Shown: positions 39,172 to 53,557 of the stretch, piece after piece
How positions within the stretch are numbered: the stretch's first letter is position 1
Layout: every line of letters starts with the position of its first letter
Assembly (NCBI GenBank): GCA_021613535.1
Contig: CP075494.1
Span: forward strand, 12,090,001 to 12,154,000
DNA length: 64,000 nucleotides
Source of the DNA: Adineta vaga
Taxonomy: Eukaryota; Animalia; Rotifera
Direction: 5' to 3'
The notes under the pieces: generated by a model
What the model saw: only the letters and a program-made list of their open reading frames with translations
The model's database searches: none
What the model was told of the DNA's origin: nothing
Translations under genes and position numbers: made by a program

Positions 39172-42100
39172 TTATACAACAACTTCATAGATAAGTTTCT
39201 TTCCATTATGAAGTCTTGTTGGTGTTGAAAAGCCACTTTCTTCTTCGGATGATGAAATTCGTTCATGTACTGGAATATTTACATGATGATCTCTTTCTCG
39301 TGCTAATGAATAAGCCGATAGAATGATTTTATTTGTTGACATTCTTCCATTGACCAAATATTCTCCATCCGAACGTTCATAGAAATCTGAGCCTGATAAA
39401 GCTTGTGAAGCCACTGAATCTGAATTAGTCGATGTTGTCGATGGCATACCAGAATCTAGACAAATTGAATTTGGCTTTTGTTGAAGAGAATAAACACCTG
39501 TATGTTCATCATTATAACATAAATTTCGAGACGGATAATATAAACATGAATTGGTTTCATTCACACGAACTGATGAATTGTTATTACAATTATCTGAAGT
39601 TGTTTTTAATGTATCTGTTGAACCATGTTTAGTTTTAACTCGTCGTCTTTGTCGATGTACACAAACGAACAGAGCAATCAATCCCAAAACAATGCATAAA
39701 CCAAATACACTTCCAGTTAAAATTAAAATTAATTCCGATGAATCATTAATGAATTGACTCGTTGTTGGAACAGTAACATATTTCGAACAAATATCTGTTT
39801 GATTCATTAGACATAATTTTAAACGTAGACCCATCGATGCAATTTGTAGTTTCAAACCATCTTTTAATGATTCAATTGAATGTAGTGATATACAAGGTGG
39901 AATTTCTTCTGTATTATAATGTTGAATACATAATTGATCAAGTGAAATGATCGATGATCGTAATGAACTTAATTGAAAACGTATTCGTCGACTATCAGTA
40001 GTAAAATAAGCTTGTTGAATATGAGGAAATTCTTCGAATTGAATAGGAGATTGTTTTGTTGTAATAATTAGATTTGAAGAGTAATCACTAAAACCAATGT
40101 CATTTTTTGAACGAATTTTTATTGTATATTGAGTATTTTCATTCAAATCATCGAAACGTAATTTATGTAAATGTGTCTCTTTTTCATGAGCAGTATTATT
40201 ATTGAGAGTAATATGAAAGATTTGTTCGGAACCACCATCATAACCAGCTTGCCAAGTTAAGATAAATGAAGAATGAGTAATATTTATTGCTTGTAAATGA
40301 GTAGGAGAATCAGGCAAACCAGGTCGTTGAAAATCAATGGTAAATTCATATTGACCAAACATATTCTTTGCAATACAACGATATTGACCCAATGTTGATG
40401 AATAGGATGGTGGTACTAACATAAAACAACGAAAATAATCCAATTAAAATATGACTATATTCAACTTACAATGTAATTCTGATAATGTCGTTGTACTATT
40501 CACTTGATTTTCTCTAATAAATGAATTTAATCTTTGATTAGATGGATCAAACCAAATAATCTCTGCTTTTGGATAAGCATCAACAATACATTCAGTTTTA
40601 ATATCATAATTTTCAACAACTGCTAGTTTTTTATATGAATTCAATATAAATGGTGCATCTAAATGAAAGAAATCTAATAAAATCTAAATCTATTTCATTG
40701 TCTATCGAACTTACATTGTACCCGAACATCCGTTGATGCAATTGATATTCCATCATATTGATTACTAAAAGTTGTATTTAATGAATTTCTCACTTCACAT
40801 ATATATTTTCCTGCATGTGATCGATCGATTTTCTCAATAATATATTCGGTGAATTTATCTTTTGTACATGCTTGAGTGATTAATTCTTGATCATTAAATA
40901 ACCAACGAATTTGTTCACACCAAGGATTCGCATCAATAGAACATTTCAAAATCAATTTTTCACCTTGATTTAATGTTATATTTTCCATCATAGATAATCT
41001 TGGTTTATCTAATTAAATAAGAATGTTGCTTTTTTTATTATATGAATTTACAAACGTATATATGTTTTCTTACAAAGAATATTAACATCAAGATTGACTT
41101 CCGTTTGTCCAATTGTATTCTTTGCGCGACATGCTAATTTTTCAATTCCCTGAAAATTGATTCGTAATTGTTCTTGATTTTCTCCTATGATGAACAAAAC
41201 AAACAAAGAAGATAATGATTTAGTTTATCATCAACTAATCAATCATATAAAATCTTATCTAACTAAATGCGAGACAATTGAATTCTCACCTAAAATTAAT
41301 TGATCATTCTTAAACCATTCAATATTTGAGTTAATGGGTGGATTCGATGAAACTCGACAATGAATTCTTTCAAAAGTATTTTCAACAATTGTTAATACAT
41401 TCGTTAAAAGTTCTTTTTCTTTGAAAGAAAATGTGATGATTGGTTTAACTAAAATATCAAATGATAGTTTTATCTTTTTCTTTCTTTGAAGTGAATTAGA
41501 AACATACATAATATATCAAGTTTAACTTCCATATTTGTTTCTTCAATACTCGCTTCATTTGATACTTGACAACGAAGGATATGATTATGATCAGCAGGTG
41601 TTAGTAAAAGTGTTAACATCGATGAACTTGAAAAGAGTATGGAATCTGTTTGATTGCCGATTGAACTAACAAAAGAAGAAGAAGAAATACATTCGTTGTT
41701 TTCTTTTCATAAAGAAAGAAAGAAAGAAAGACAAACCTTTGAATAAGTTTATCATTTTTATACCATTCAAATATTGGATTTGGATAAACACGTTCACTCG
41801 TACAATTAAATGATACTAATGTACCAGCAAGAACAGGTAATGATGTTGATGATGTTAAACGAAGACGAGATGGTGGTACTAAACGATCAGAAACAATCAA
41901 TTATTTGTTATTATTTTCAGAAATACATTCTCATATTCATATCATTCTTTTCTATTTTTGTTGATCTAATCAAAGAATACATATATCATTACTCATGTTG
42001 GAATGATAGATTCTTCACTTCTTCTTCTTCTTCTTCTACGGAGGTATAGATGACGGTTATATGATCTAAGTTATGTTTATTGGATATAATATCTTAAAAG

Positions 42101-42771
42101 ACTTGCGCAATCTTGAGAGGGTTATCTATTGCTCGGCTAATTGATAGATGGAAAAGAATCAATTCAATGTCGCTACTGATCCGAAGATGTCTTCTTCGTT
42201 GTCTTTTTTATCTATCTCATTTTTCAATAATTATTTCTTTTATAATCGATTGTAGGACTGTTCCATCGAATGATTCTATGCAGCAGATGTTTGCTTTGAT
42301 TTATTTCAAAGAGGAAATAAATGGTGTTAAATGAACACGAACTATTCGATGATTTCAACTGAATCACAAACAATCGATTTTCAACATACCAATAACATTA
42401 AGTTGAAAATGATTTTCTTCTTTAGCTGTAAAATTCTGACATTTGTAAAGTCCAGCTGATTCTAATTGAATGTTAATTATTGTCAATTGATATGTATTTA
42501 TATTCACTTGATTTATAGAATATTTTTTAGGATTATTTGAAATTGAATTAACACCGATAACTTGAGTATCATCTTTATACCAAAGAATAATATTATCCGA
42601 TTGATTATTAAGAGATAACAGAGATGAGATTGAATTTGTGAAACTTCTTGACTTAATCGAATCAAAATGACATGTAATAGTTACATTGACATTCTCTCGA
42701 ACTTTAATTATTTGAATCGATGATAAAATTGAAGTAATATGTAGAAAAAGACAAAAGAGATAGAAGAACAT
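39172..42771 (-). CDS. Ig-superfamily adhesion receptor (5 Ig + FN3 + TM), nephrin/sidestep/echinoid-like
   Basis: Signal peptide, five C...W...YxC Ig domains, FN3 (LTWQAGYDGGSEQIF), TM segment, cytoplasmic tail ending IYEVVV. Confidence 0.9.
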
Positions 42772-45700
42772 CTAAAAATAAATGATTGAGAATTAGATAT
42801 GTATACATTACTAGCTTTCATTCAGCGAAGATATTTATGTGTACAGTTAGCAAATGTTATTATACGGAACCTTTTACTTTCTTATGTGTTTGTATGTATG
42901 TACATGTCGGACAACTACCAATGATGACCATTGAATAAAGAATGAGAGAAAAGAGGAAAGAAGAGAGGAGAGACAGAGAGAGAGAGAAGGAATAGAGATA
43001 TACCTTTTGTGTCATTTCTCAATAGCGAAGAAGAAGAAGAAGAAGAAGAAGAAAGGGATTGTCCATTTGTTCCACTAGGAACACAAAATACATTGAAGTT
43101 CATTGAAATAAATGAGTCGCACATTCTCGACGTGACCACATCGAATATCTTCGTCTTTTATTTTAACAATGATTTATATCCTGTACACAAAACACAATGA
43201 TTATATTTAACAGAATCTCAACGTGATTTTTTTTAACATGTTAGGGTTAATTACCTACCGATAGGATGTATTAATCTTCTGTAGCGATCATCTTCTTATT
43301 ATTAAAAAAAACTAGAATCATAATGATACTCTTACACAATATTAAATATGCATGACTTATTCAGTTAGATGTATTCGATTTCAAAAGACGATAAAAGACT
43401 ACTCACGATTATCAAATTTCATATTTTGTCAGCATAAATGAGAAGAAAAAAAAGAAAACTTGATTATTCTTTTCAGATAACAATGTATGAACATATTCTA
43501 TCCAATATGTATACTTATATAGAAATGTTTTAACGGAAGATATCCTAGGGCAACTTGACGTAAGAAGGTCAAACTTCTAATTGATTATTCTTCATTGTTA
43601 TGTTTACCTCGAGTATGATAAACGGAAGTAATTTTTCATTTGTACAAGTCACATAAACGCATCTTTTAGCGCAATATACTCTCTTGTATATGTGCATGTA
43701 GTTAATTGAATAGTACTCAGTGAATTGTTTAACGAACGTGAGGTTGACTTTAACTAGTTATGAATAAGAAATATGAGTCGTTATTGATATTGTCCATTGA
43801 ATGTTAGAAAGATGATCATCTTCTATGAATAAGCACGACTCATGGAAGTCTTACAAAATCAAAATTAATTTTCAATGATGACTGTATTGAAACCTCAATG
43901 TGAAAATGTACGTATTAAAAAGAAAACGAATGGTCATGATGAAACCTTAGTTACGTTATAAATTAATTGAATATGTAATATATAGATAAAGAAGGAGACT
44001 TCCGTTCCTTGTTGAGAAAGATAAGTAGGAGTAAGATTAATTATAGCATACCTGTATTATTGAATGAAATGACGATATGTACGTATATGAACACTTTCTT
44101 TTTTCTTGCGCTCTTTCTCTATTCTAATGAATGTCATCGGAATTTTTCTCTCCCATTTACCAGCAATGAGACGATGTGAACAAATTAAGGTATGTATGCG
44201 CGTCTAATGTATAGTTTAGTCTTTTCTCTTCTTCTCTCTCACTCATTTCTTCTTCTTTCAATTTCATTAGAGGCAACCAAGTGTATAAGACGCGACATAT
44301 TTATACGTATATGTTCAAGTGTTCAAACTTCAAATGATTGGAACTAATATACGAATGAATAACAACAGCAACAACAACAACAACTTAAAATATTGTTTTG
44401 TTGTCGGATAATATCTCTTTCGGTTTCTTTTTCTTGAATGTGATTAGTAAAGATAAAACAAAACAAAATGACATCATTATTTATCAATGACTAAAGAGAA
44501 AGGTGTTTTGTCATCTTTAGAGATTAAGACATGATGTTCACTGTTGAGACGATCTTAATTGTCAATAGATGATCCATATGTGTATCAAAGAATGATGATT
44601 TCTTTTTTCTTCTTTTTTGATTTGAAAAGAATCGTGGTTGAAAGCACTAAATGATGCCTTAAGGATGACTGTCAAGATATTCGTCGTCATTTTACTATTA
44701 ACCTCCGGTGTTTTATTGTATGATATATATATATATATATAAACATGTATACCCGAAGAAGATTATCAACAGTTGAAAGCATTCTATTCAATTTCTATGG
44801 TCGCACGCACAAGTTCAATCGGCTTTTCTTACATATATAGACAGGTGATAAACTTGTTATATGTATCTATCTAGTAGTCGTGGATTAAACTTCACGTTCT
44901 CTTGAATTAATCAAGCAGAAAACTTCGTTTTCTTTTTCTTTTCCTTTTTGGTTTTGTAATCGATTGATGATTGTGTATGAGATGTTTTATTTATCAAATA
45001 AGGGTCGTCTTCTTTCATTCAAAACAAATTAAACTCATCTGCATATGTCGACATAGATACATTGAAAATCATCCGTACTCAACATTGGATAAATGTCGTT
45101 CGTGTCCTCACAAAAGAGTCAGTTGTATTGTCATTTAACCATCGAACGTTCGACAAAGATGTGGTGTGTACTGAACGTGTATTGATTCAATGTGACATAC
45201 ACACGCGATCAATTAAATTGAGAATAATTGCAATTTATCACAAATATTCTTTCGATATCTATTTCATAGAATCATTTGTTCAACTTAACAAACTATATAA
45301 GAGATATTAAATACAAAAATATTCATCATAATCGAAAAAAGAAGAAATAAAATATCTTTCCTTTCAATGTATGATGTAATAGTTAGACATATAGCGTGAT
45401 CAATTGTTTTATAAGTACCTGTCGTCATTTGATCAGCTGAGATGTAAAACTAATTGCAACAACTATTAACTATAATTCTCTAAAATATTGAGAATTGTAA
45501 ATTGACAATATAAGCCATCATATTGACGATGATTGTATGACAAATTTCATGTATTTCATTGAAATTTGTTTCCTTGATATAATGTTTCTAAGAATCATTT
45601 TTTGTTTCATAGAAAATTTTGACCTTAAAACACGAACAAGTGATTTAATATGAAAGACAATTCACTTGTCCTATTCGAACAAATAAGCATACAATATATG

Positions 45701-46770
45701 ATAAATAAATCGATTTCTGGATGAATAATTCAATTATTTTTAATAGAATTATTCTAGTTGATATACACAATAGACAAATATTTACATTGAAAATATGTAA
45801 AGAAGCATCAATCATAGTTAAAATATTGTTTTGCTTTTTTTTGAAGATTTTCTTCCGAACTATTCTCTACTCCTAGATCCTCTTTCTTCTTGTTCTTTTG
45901 TTATTATAAAAATAATTATTAACAACAACATCTTGTGTTATCTGATCACTTTGTCGAAATACTTCTCTCTTTCTTAAGTTTTATTTTGAGATCGAATGAA
46001 AAAAAGCATCTAGTAATCGTTTGTTTATGTTCAAATATAAGATTAGATTTTAACAAGTGAATGGTATCGTATTTTTGGACGAAAAAATCTTCTTCAAATG
46101 TATTACGAATACTTGATGATGCAAAGGTAACATATAAGAGTGACATCTGTGAGAATTTGGAAGCATAGATTTATTTATATTTGATTCGAGAAATAAATAA
46201 ACATCATTGAGAGATAGATAAATGAAAAAACGTAAAGTTTTACTTTATTTATTTATAAAAGAAAGATTTAATTTGTTGATGAATCATCGGCTGAAATATA
46301 AAATTTGATTTGATTGTACTGTGATTTACAAAACGTTCGTTCGTTCGTTATTATAATGAATATTATTAGTGATCTTAGTTCAGCACGTTCTGTAAGTAAA
46401 GAAAAACAGATTAATCTATTGAATATAGTTTTAAAGAGATGCAAATGTTTTTCGAGACTCTTTGATGTGACATCAGAAAAAAATTCTTTATCTATTATCG
46501 TAATAAACTAGGGGGAATACGAAGAAATCATAGTCAGACTTTTTCCTTCGTCTTCTTTGTCTCGATTTACTTGCAGGAAATATAAGCTTAGTTTTTCTTT
46601 TCATCTTGCATAGTTAAATAAATGCAAGAATGACCTACTGTAGCTCATAATGCAAATCAAATATATCTAGAACTATTCCTTTTACTCAAACCACATGGAA
46701 AGTCATGAATAGAAATTGTCATGAGAGATAACTTGCTTTCTCTTCCAATCTATTCGACATATCAAAATCA

Positions 46771-49700
46771 ATGAATCGACAGTTATTCATCGAAGTTTTT
46801 CGACATATTTCATATAGAATCGATCAATTAAAAATCTTTCTCTCTCATGATGCTTATTTCAAGGTATTTATTTCGAGAGAAAAAAAGTGAAAATCAATTT
46901 CAGTTGTTTTTCTTTTGTTTTATAAATCTAAATGAATATTTTGATACTTAGGTGGAGAATGTTCGTGTCATAGATCGCTTTAATAATCGTCAACATATCA
47001 TTGGTAACACTTCTTCATTTATCTCTTTTTTTTTTATAAAGTACTCTTTCATTTTCAAGGTACAATCTTTTTAACTTCAACACATTTGTTATTCAATGAT
47101 CCTGAAGGCAAACGTGAAACTTGGGTTATTATTATTAGATAGAAAACATCGACAAGAGATGAACTTGATTTGTTTTTTTCTTCTCTTGTCTATTATAGAT
47201 TCTTCATTCATTGATATTATCTGCAGATAAATTGCCAACTACACAACAAGGATGTCCATTACGTATACGAACGAAACATTTCTTTTCAATTGAATTTATT
47301 ATACCAAAAGAACGTGATTGTACTGATCTTCATGCCACATTAAATCAATTAAAAGCAGGTAAATATTTTCTTTAAACAAATATTATTCTTCAATTTATTT
47401 TTGAACTTAGAATCGTATGAAAAACTCTATTGTTTTCTTTATCAAGCACCGAATTATCTGGAAAAAATTTGGGATCCATTTCTTTTAACAACGGAATATA
47501 TGAGAATGGGTGTACCCAATCGTGAATGGAAAATTGAAGATAGTAATAGTAATTTTGAGATGTGCGATACATATCCACCATTATTTTACGTACCAACATC
47601 AACTACAAAAGCATTGTTGGTTGCCAGTTCAAAATTTCGAAGTCGAGGACGATTACCTGTACTTACTTATCTTCATTTGAACGGAGTAAATGAATAGGAT
47701 TAATTGATTGATTTCTATTAATAGAATGTCTGCTTTCTCTTAATGATAGGCATCAATAACACGTTGTTCACAACCATTATCTGGTTTCAAACAACGATGT
47801 TTAGAAGATGAACAACTTCTTCAATGTATATTGAAAACAAATCCTCAATCATCAACAATGTATATTATCGATACGCGACCACGTGTAAGTCGATATCTCT
47901 TTTAAAGATATTGAATAGTCTTTTTCTTGTCATAAAAATAGATCAATGCTGTTGCTAATCGTGCAGCTGGTAAAGGTTATGAAAATGAAGATCATTATTC
48001 GAATATACAATTTAAATTTTGTCCAATTGAAAATATTCATGTTATGCGTGGTAGTTTACAAAAATTACTCGAAAGTAAATTCGTATATTGTCAATATTAA
48101 ATAAATCATTTTGTGAAAATAAATTTAGCTTGTGAATTAAAAAATCCGTCGATGAATCAATATTTGAATGCTCTAGATAATTCTTCATGGTTGCAACATA
48201 TCAAAGCTGTTTTAGATGCTGCTATATTTATTGCTCGAGTATGAAAATGATTAAAAATCATTTCTTCATTGTTTTCTTCTCATCTAGGCAATTGAAGTTG
48301 AAAAGAAAAATGTTCTTGTTCATTGTTCAGATGGTTGGGATCGAACTGCTCAATGTTGTTCATTATCTTCCTTACTTCTTTGTCCATATTATCGATCAAT
48401 ACATGGATTCCGAGTATGTTGAAATCTTCAGTATTGTTTCAAGACATGATAGTTTTTTCTTGTCTTAGATGTTAATTGAAAAAGAATGGCTTTCATTTGG
48501 ACATAAATTTTCCGATCGATGTGGTCATACACGAATGGTAGATAGTAAAGAACAATCGCCAGTTTTTCAACAATTTATAGAAGCTGTTTGGCAAATAAGT
48601 CAAATTTATCCAACAGCATTCGAATTCAATGAACGTTTTCTTATATCATTACATGATCATTCTCATTCGTGTCAATATGGGAATTTTATTGGAAATTGTG
48701 AAAAAGATCGACTTGATCTACGGTTAGATTAATAATTTTTCCTTGGAAAAAGTTCGTCATCTATTTTGTTCATCTTGCTTTTTTAGTGTTAAAGATCGAA
48801 CATATTCTTATTGGAATTATATCTTACAAAATGTGAATGATTTTAAAAATCCATTATTTCGTCCACAATCAGCTTATGCATGTGAAGTTCTTCTGCCAAC
48901 AATCAATACTCAAACTTTAAAGTAATCGATCGATGAAAAGGTGAACTTTTTCAATGAGAAAAAGTCTATTTTAGATTATGGTTAAATATGTATCATCGAT
49001 TTGATAGTACACTATTACCAAAAGAAAATATACCTAATACATTAACACATCTTGTTGATCATACAGCAGCATTGAATGATCATGCACGATTATTAGAAAA
49101 AGTAAATAATTTTAGTTTATATTTGAACATTTTTTGTAATGTTTTCTCGTAGCGTATTCGTGAATTTCATTCGGCACTTGAAGATGGAACGATATCCGAT
49201 GAAGATATTCGTAAATTAGTCAATCATCACAATGGCTCAAGTGACAATGAACTTCCTCAAACAACAACTACGGATGCTAAACTTCCATTATCATCATCAG
49301 ATGTGGAAAGTGGAATTAGTAGTGATCAGTCGCCTAATGGACGACCATCATCATCATCAGCTACATTCGTTCTTCAACATCAATCAAGTGCAGATATCAT
49401 TGAAATTCCAACAATCGAACGTATTGCATTTGAACTGAATTCTATTGCATTAGATTGGCGTTCATATCAAGCACCATTTCATTGCACTTGCGCATTACCA
49501 TTTGATTCTGCTCAACGAAAAGTATGTCATTCATTGTATGAATAATTAATGCATTTTTCTTTCATCAATCTTAGTATACTTGTTGGCGCTGTGGAGAAAA
49601 CTTTTGTATACGTTGTATTGAACATGGAGTTCGTTTACCTGGCCTTTACAGTAATAGTTTAGCACCAGTATGTAAAACATGTGCACATTCAATAAAATCA

Positions 49701-49802
49701 ACATTATCAACAATCGAATGTTCGCCATCTATTCCTTCGAATGAACAAACCTTTTCCGCAATGAAATCATCTCTCGTGATCAATGATGAAAACAAAATTT
49801 AA
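46771..49802 (+). CDS. MTMR6: Myotubularin-related phosphoinositide phosphatase, MTMR6/7/8 class, with C-terminal FYVE-like finger (first exon uncertain)
   Basis: PH-GRAM from [10 protein letters not shown] (46952), [23 protein letters not shown], intact [36 protein letters not shown]...PVCKTC. Stop at 49800-49802. Confidence 0.93.
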
Positions 49803-50418
49803 TATGCCGGTGATTTATTTGTCTATGAATAATTGTAATTATGTCAGATTTCATATTCAATTCTATTATATTTATCTTCTAAATTTCTGTGCCATGAATT
49901 TTAAACTAATGAATTATTCTTTTTCTTGGTCTTCTATTTTACAGTGATTTTTTTTGTTGGTTGTTTTTTCTCTTCTTTGATTGAATAATGCCATGATAAA
50001 AAGAAATAGAAATTCAAATTATTAGATATTCTTAAGAGCTAACCTTTGCATTAATAATACTAAGAGAAAATATGTCTCTATGTTGAAAAACTTCGAATAT
50101 TTCTATGTGAGGAATGAAAGACAAGGTCTACTTTACGATATATCGTTCAATGTGAATCAATATTCAATGCATATTTACCGTAACAACTACTGTACCAATG
50201 AACTAGTTCATGGACTTCTTCTTCATTTAAGGAAATGATTGAAATGAATAGTTTAGTTCGACTATTAATTGATTTTTTTCTTTGATATCATGAAGATTCT
50301 TTAAATGAAACATTTGCTCTAGTTGCAATTCGTATATATTTAGTTGACTAAGAAAACCTCGTGCCATTATAAAGAAACGAAGAACAAATGAAAATAAAAT
50401 AAAATATGATGTCAATTT

Positions 50419-52295
50419 TTAATATATATCTTCAACTTTCGAATCAGATGTATTGTCATGAGGTGTCTGTCGGAATGATGCAGGTGTTGATGCTTTCGAT
50501 TGCGAAGTTTTGACGGGTTCAAAAGTTGCAATAGGAGTTGATGTTCGACGACCTGGTGAAAGTACTCGTTCTTGTCGATGTATGGGTGTTGTTGATGAAT
50601 GTAATATATCATTTAATTGTTCAATATTGGATGTTGCCCCAACATTATATTCATTTAAAACACGCATTAAGTCAGCACTAGGTGGTGGTAAATCTTCAAT
50701 ACGATCAACAATACGTACATCGCCATCATTATGTTGTCTATGGTAATCAGTATATTGATGTGGATCAACACGAAAGACACCTTCCTCAATAACTCGACGA
50801 ACCGTATAAGCTTTTAATGGTTCATATTCGATAATAACATTACGTGTCGGTGGAACTGGTGGTAATGGTGTAACTTTTTGTAGAAGAATAGGTCGTTTTA
50901 CTTTTTTATAAGGTAACCATTTTTCGAATATAACTGTGCGAGGTTTAGGTGGAGGAGTTGGTAAACGTTCGATGATAATTTGACGAGGTTGCGGTGGTGG
51001 CGGTGGTACAGGTTTATCAATGATACAAGGTCTAATAATGATAAGAATATGAACAAGAAAAAGACAAAGAAGAAAAAAACACAATTGTATTAATTTACTC
51101 GGTCGGTGGTGGTGGAGTTGGTGGACGTTCACGAATAGTTAATGGTGGTGGCGTACGTGCTTCAGGTTTTTTTTCACGAATAAGTAATGGCTAAAAAGGA
51201 AAAAAGGGAGAGAGAGAGAGGAAAACAGTGATTGAAAATAGAAATAAAATGGTATCTGTACTGATTCAGGTGGATTGGGTGGTAATTGTTTCTCGCGAAT
51301 GATGATAGGTGCTGGTGGTGGAGGTGTGGGAGGTTGTAAATAACGAATACGAATTTCTTTTTTATAGACAACGTTTTGTGAATTTGGTTTGACGACTTTG
51401 ACAGGTGGATTGTCAAGTGAATTAATTTGATGTAGATAATGTTCAGCTGATACAGTTGGATCATTTGTTGTCGTATCATAACGAGGAATTGGTGGAGGTG
51501 GTGGAGTTCGTCGTGGAGACATTCCTTGTTGAGTCATATCGTCAGGTGATTGAATTTTAGATGCTTGGCGATTTATAACAGGCGGTGGTGGTGGAGGATG
51601 TTGAACGTAAGAAAGTGGTCGAGCCGATGTAATTGCGGATGCTGATTGTGTGATTAGCGGTTGAGAATGAGGAGAATATTTAGTAAAGGCAGAAGAATGA
51701 CCAGGTTGTTTTTCTTGTGTGGTATTGAAGAGATATTCACTGGGATCTAAACCAAACTCTGCAAGGATTTTACCAATATCAGCACGTTCGGACGTTGTTT
51801 TTATTGCTGTCGTTGCTGTTGTTGTTGTTGTATTTTCGTCGTTCGATGAATCTTTATTGTGATTTTGTGACCTGAAGCGAAACGGACATGAGAGAAAAAA
51901 AGAGGCAAATAGTAAAAAAAAACACAAATGATAGTGTTTGTTTGTGGTTTTTATACGTTAATATAGGTAAAAAACAAATATTGGTGATAATGATCAACAA
52001 AGCTGAAATCAATGTAGCGGAACTCGAAGTGGTAGAATAACTCTAATGAAGAGCATACAGAATCAATGTATTACTTCCGGAATGGTTTATTAAATAGAAT
52101 CTTAGTCATAAATTTCATTGTATAAATTATATTTTTATAACTAAAGATAGATAAATGGAAACTTTCCAAAAGGAAATGAATAATAAGATAAAATGTCTTC
52201 TAAAGATTAAACAATGTATCATCGGGGATATTTCTTGTTAGAATAAAACGATATCTATTTCCTAATAATGAATATTCTAAAACTTACGTGGCCAT
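50419..52295 (-). CDS. Uncharacterised Pro-rich protein with PPP-IIIRE/IIIER repeats
   Basis: Exons 52295-52288, 51871-51262, 51190-about 51099 and 51031-50419 join in frame. No signal peptide or TM segment. Confidence 0.85.
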
Positions 52296-52904
52296 ATTGT
52301 TTCAATTGCAAGTACGTTAATGTTCAAGAGAATATTTCTTTTTGATTGCTACACATATATTTTGTAAGTAAAGTATAACAAAATCGAAGTTCAAGTACGT
52401 TCTTTTATATACATAACGATCTTTTTACAAGCAATTGTGAAATAAAATAAAAATCACGCAAGCAAACTATTGATGCATAACCAAAAATGTTTTACGAACT
52501 CAAATGATAAAGCAAAACGAATATACAATATAGAGTAAAAAAAAATGTGTACTATAATGTTCACAGTGCTCAATCATCACTTCTCTTCTTTTCTTTCGAT
52601 TGCATTTGACCTTCATGAATTACCAAAAAGAAACCTCGTAGTTGCGTCAGTTTATATTCTTTCGATCTGAACAAGCGAATCATCGATTTTTTTTGATGAA
52701 TGATTATATGTATAACAACGGATTTAAGAATAATGATCTGTTTCAAATTTAGTTCCATAGAAAATGAAATTATTATTGAACAAGATTCTACAAGTGATAT
52801 TATGTTAACAACCAATGGGAAGATAGTTATTCATGTTAAATGAAATACTAGTATAAGAAGAAAAAAAACATATGATGATGTCTGTACTGTTTTTTGTTGT
52901 TGAT

Positions 52905-53492
52905 TTAATCTTCTTCTTTTCTAACAAAGAATTGTTGAACAACTTTCATGATATCTTGAATCGAAATATTTTTAATGAGCTTTTTCAAGTCTTCGATGAT
53001 TTTCTTGACAAATTCTCGAATATTTCGAAAATATCGAAAATCACCATCGAAACTATTTGAATTTTCATGTTCTTCAATAATTTCATCGATATCAATTGTA
53101 GTTGTTCTAGGAGTCATTGTAGATTTTCCCTAAAAATGAAGATAGAGGTTTCGATTTTGCCGTTTTTTCATGGATCTACTTTTCGGGATCGTGTTGTTGT
53201 AATTACACGTCTTGTAGGAAATGTAAAAGTTGTACGACGAGTAGTCGTCGTCGTTGTAGTAGTTGTATCAATTTCATCCTCATCTTCATTATCTTCACTA
53301 TCAACGTCAATCACTGGTACTTCATCATCGTAACCTTGCAAAATCAATTGTGGACGTTTTGATGATGTTGTCTAGAATGAAACACAGAATATTTCTTTGA
53401 AAGAAAAATTTGAATAGAATGTTGCTTACCGATGGTGCTGATTGTATCATGCAAATGACAGCAAAAATAGCGACGATGATTATTAACTTCAT
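52905..53492 (-). CDS. Secreted 159-aa protein: signal peptide, acidic tract, Thr-rich segment, amphipathic C-terminal helix
   Basis: Exons 53492-53430, 53371-53180 and 53129-52905, all phase 0. Starts MKLIIIVAIFAVICMIQS. Confidence 0.85.
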
Positions 53493-53550
53493 GATCTTCT
53501 ATTTGATCTTGTTAGAATTTGTCTGATAGGAGAAATAGTTTTCTTGTGTA

Positions 53551-53557
53551 TTTATAT
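53551..53557 (-). promoter_or_regulatory. Probable TATA box of the secreted-protein gene
   Basis: ATATAAA on the minus strand about 60 nt upstream of the ATG at 53492. Confidence 0.45.
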
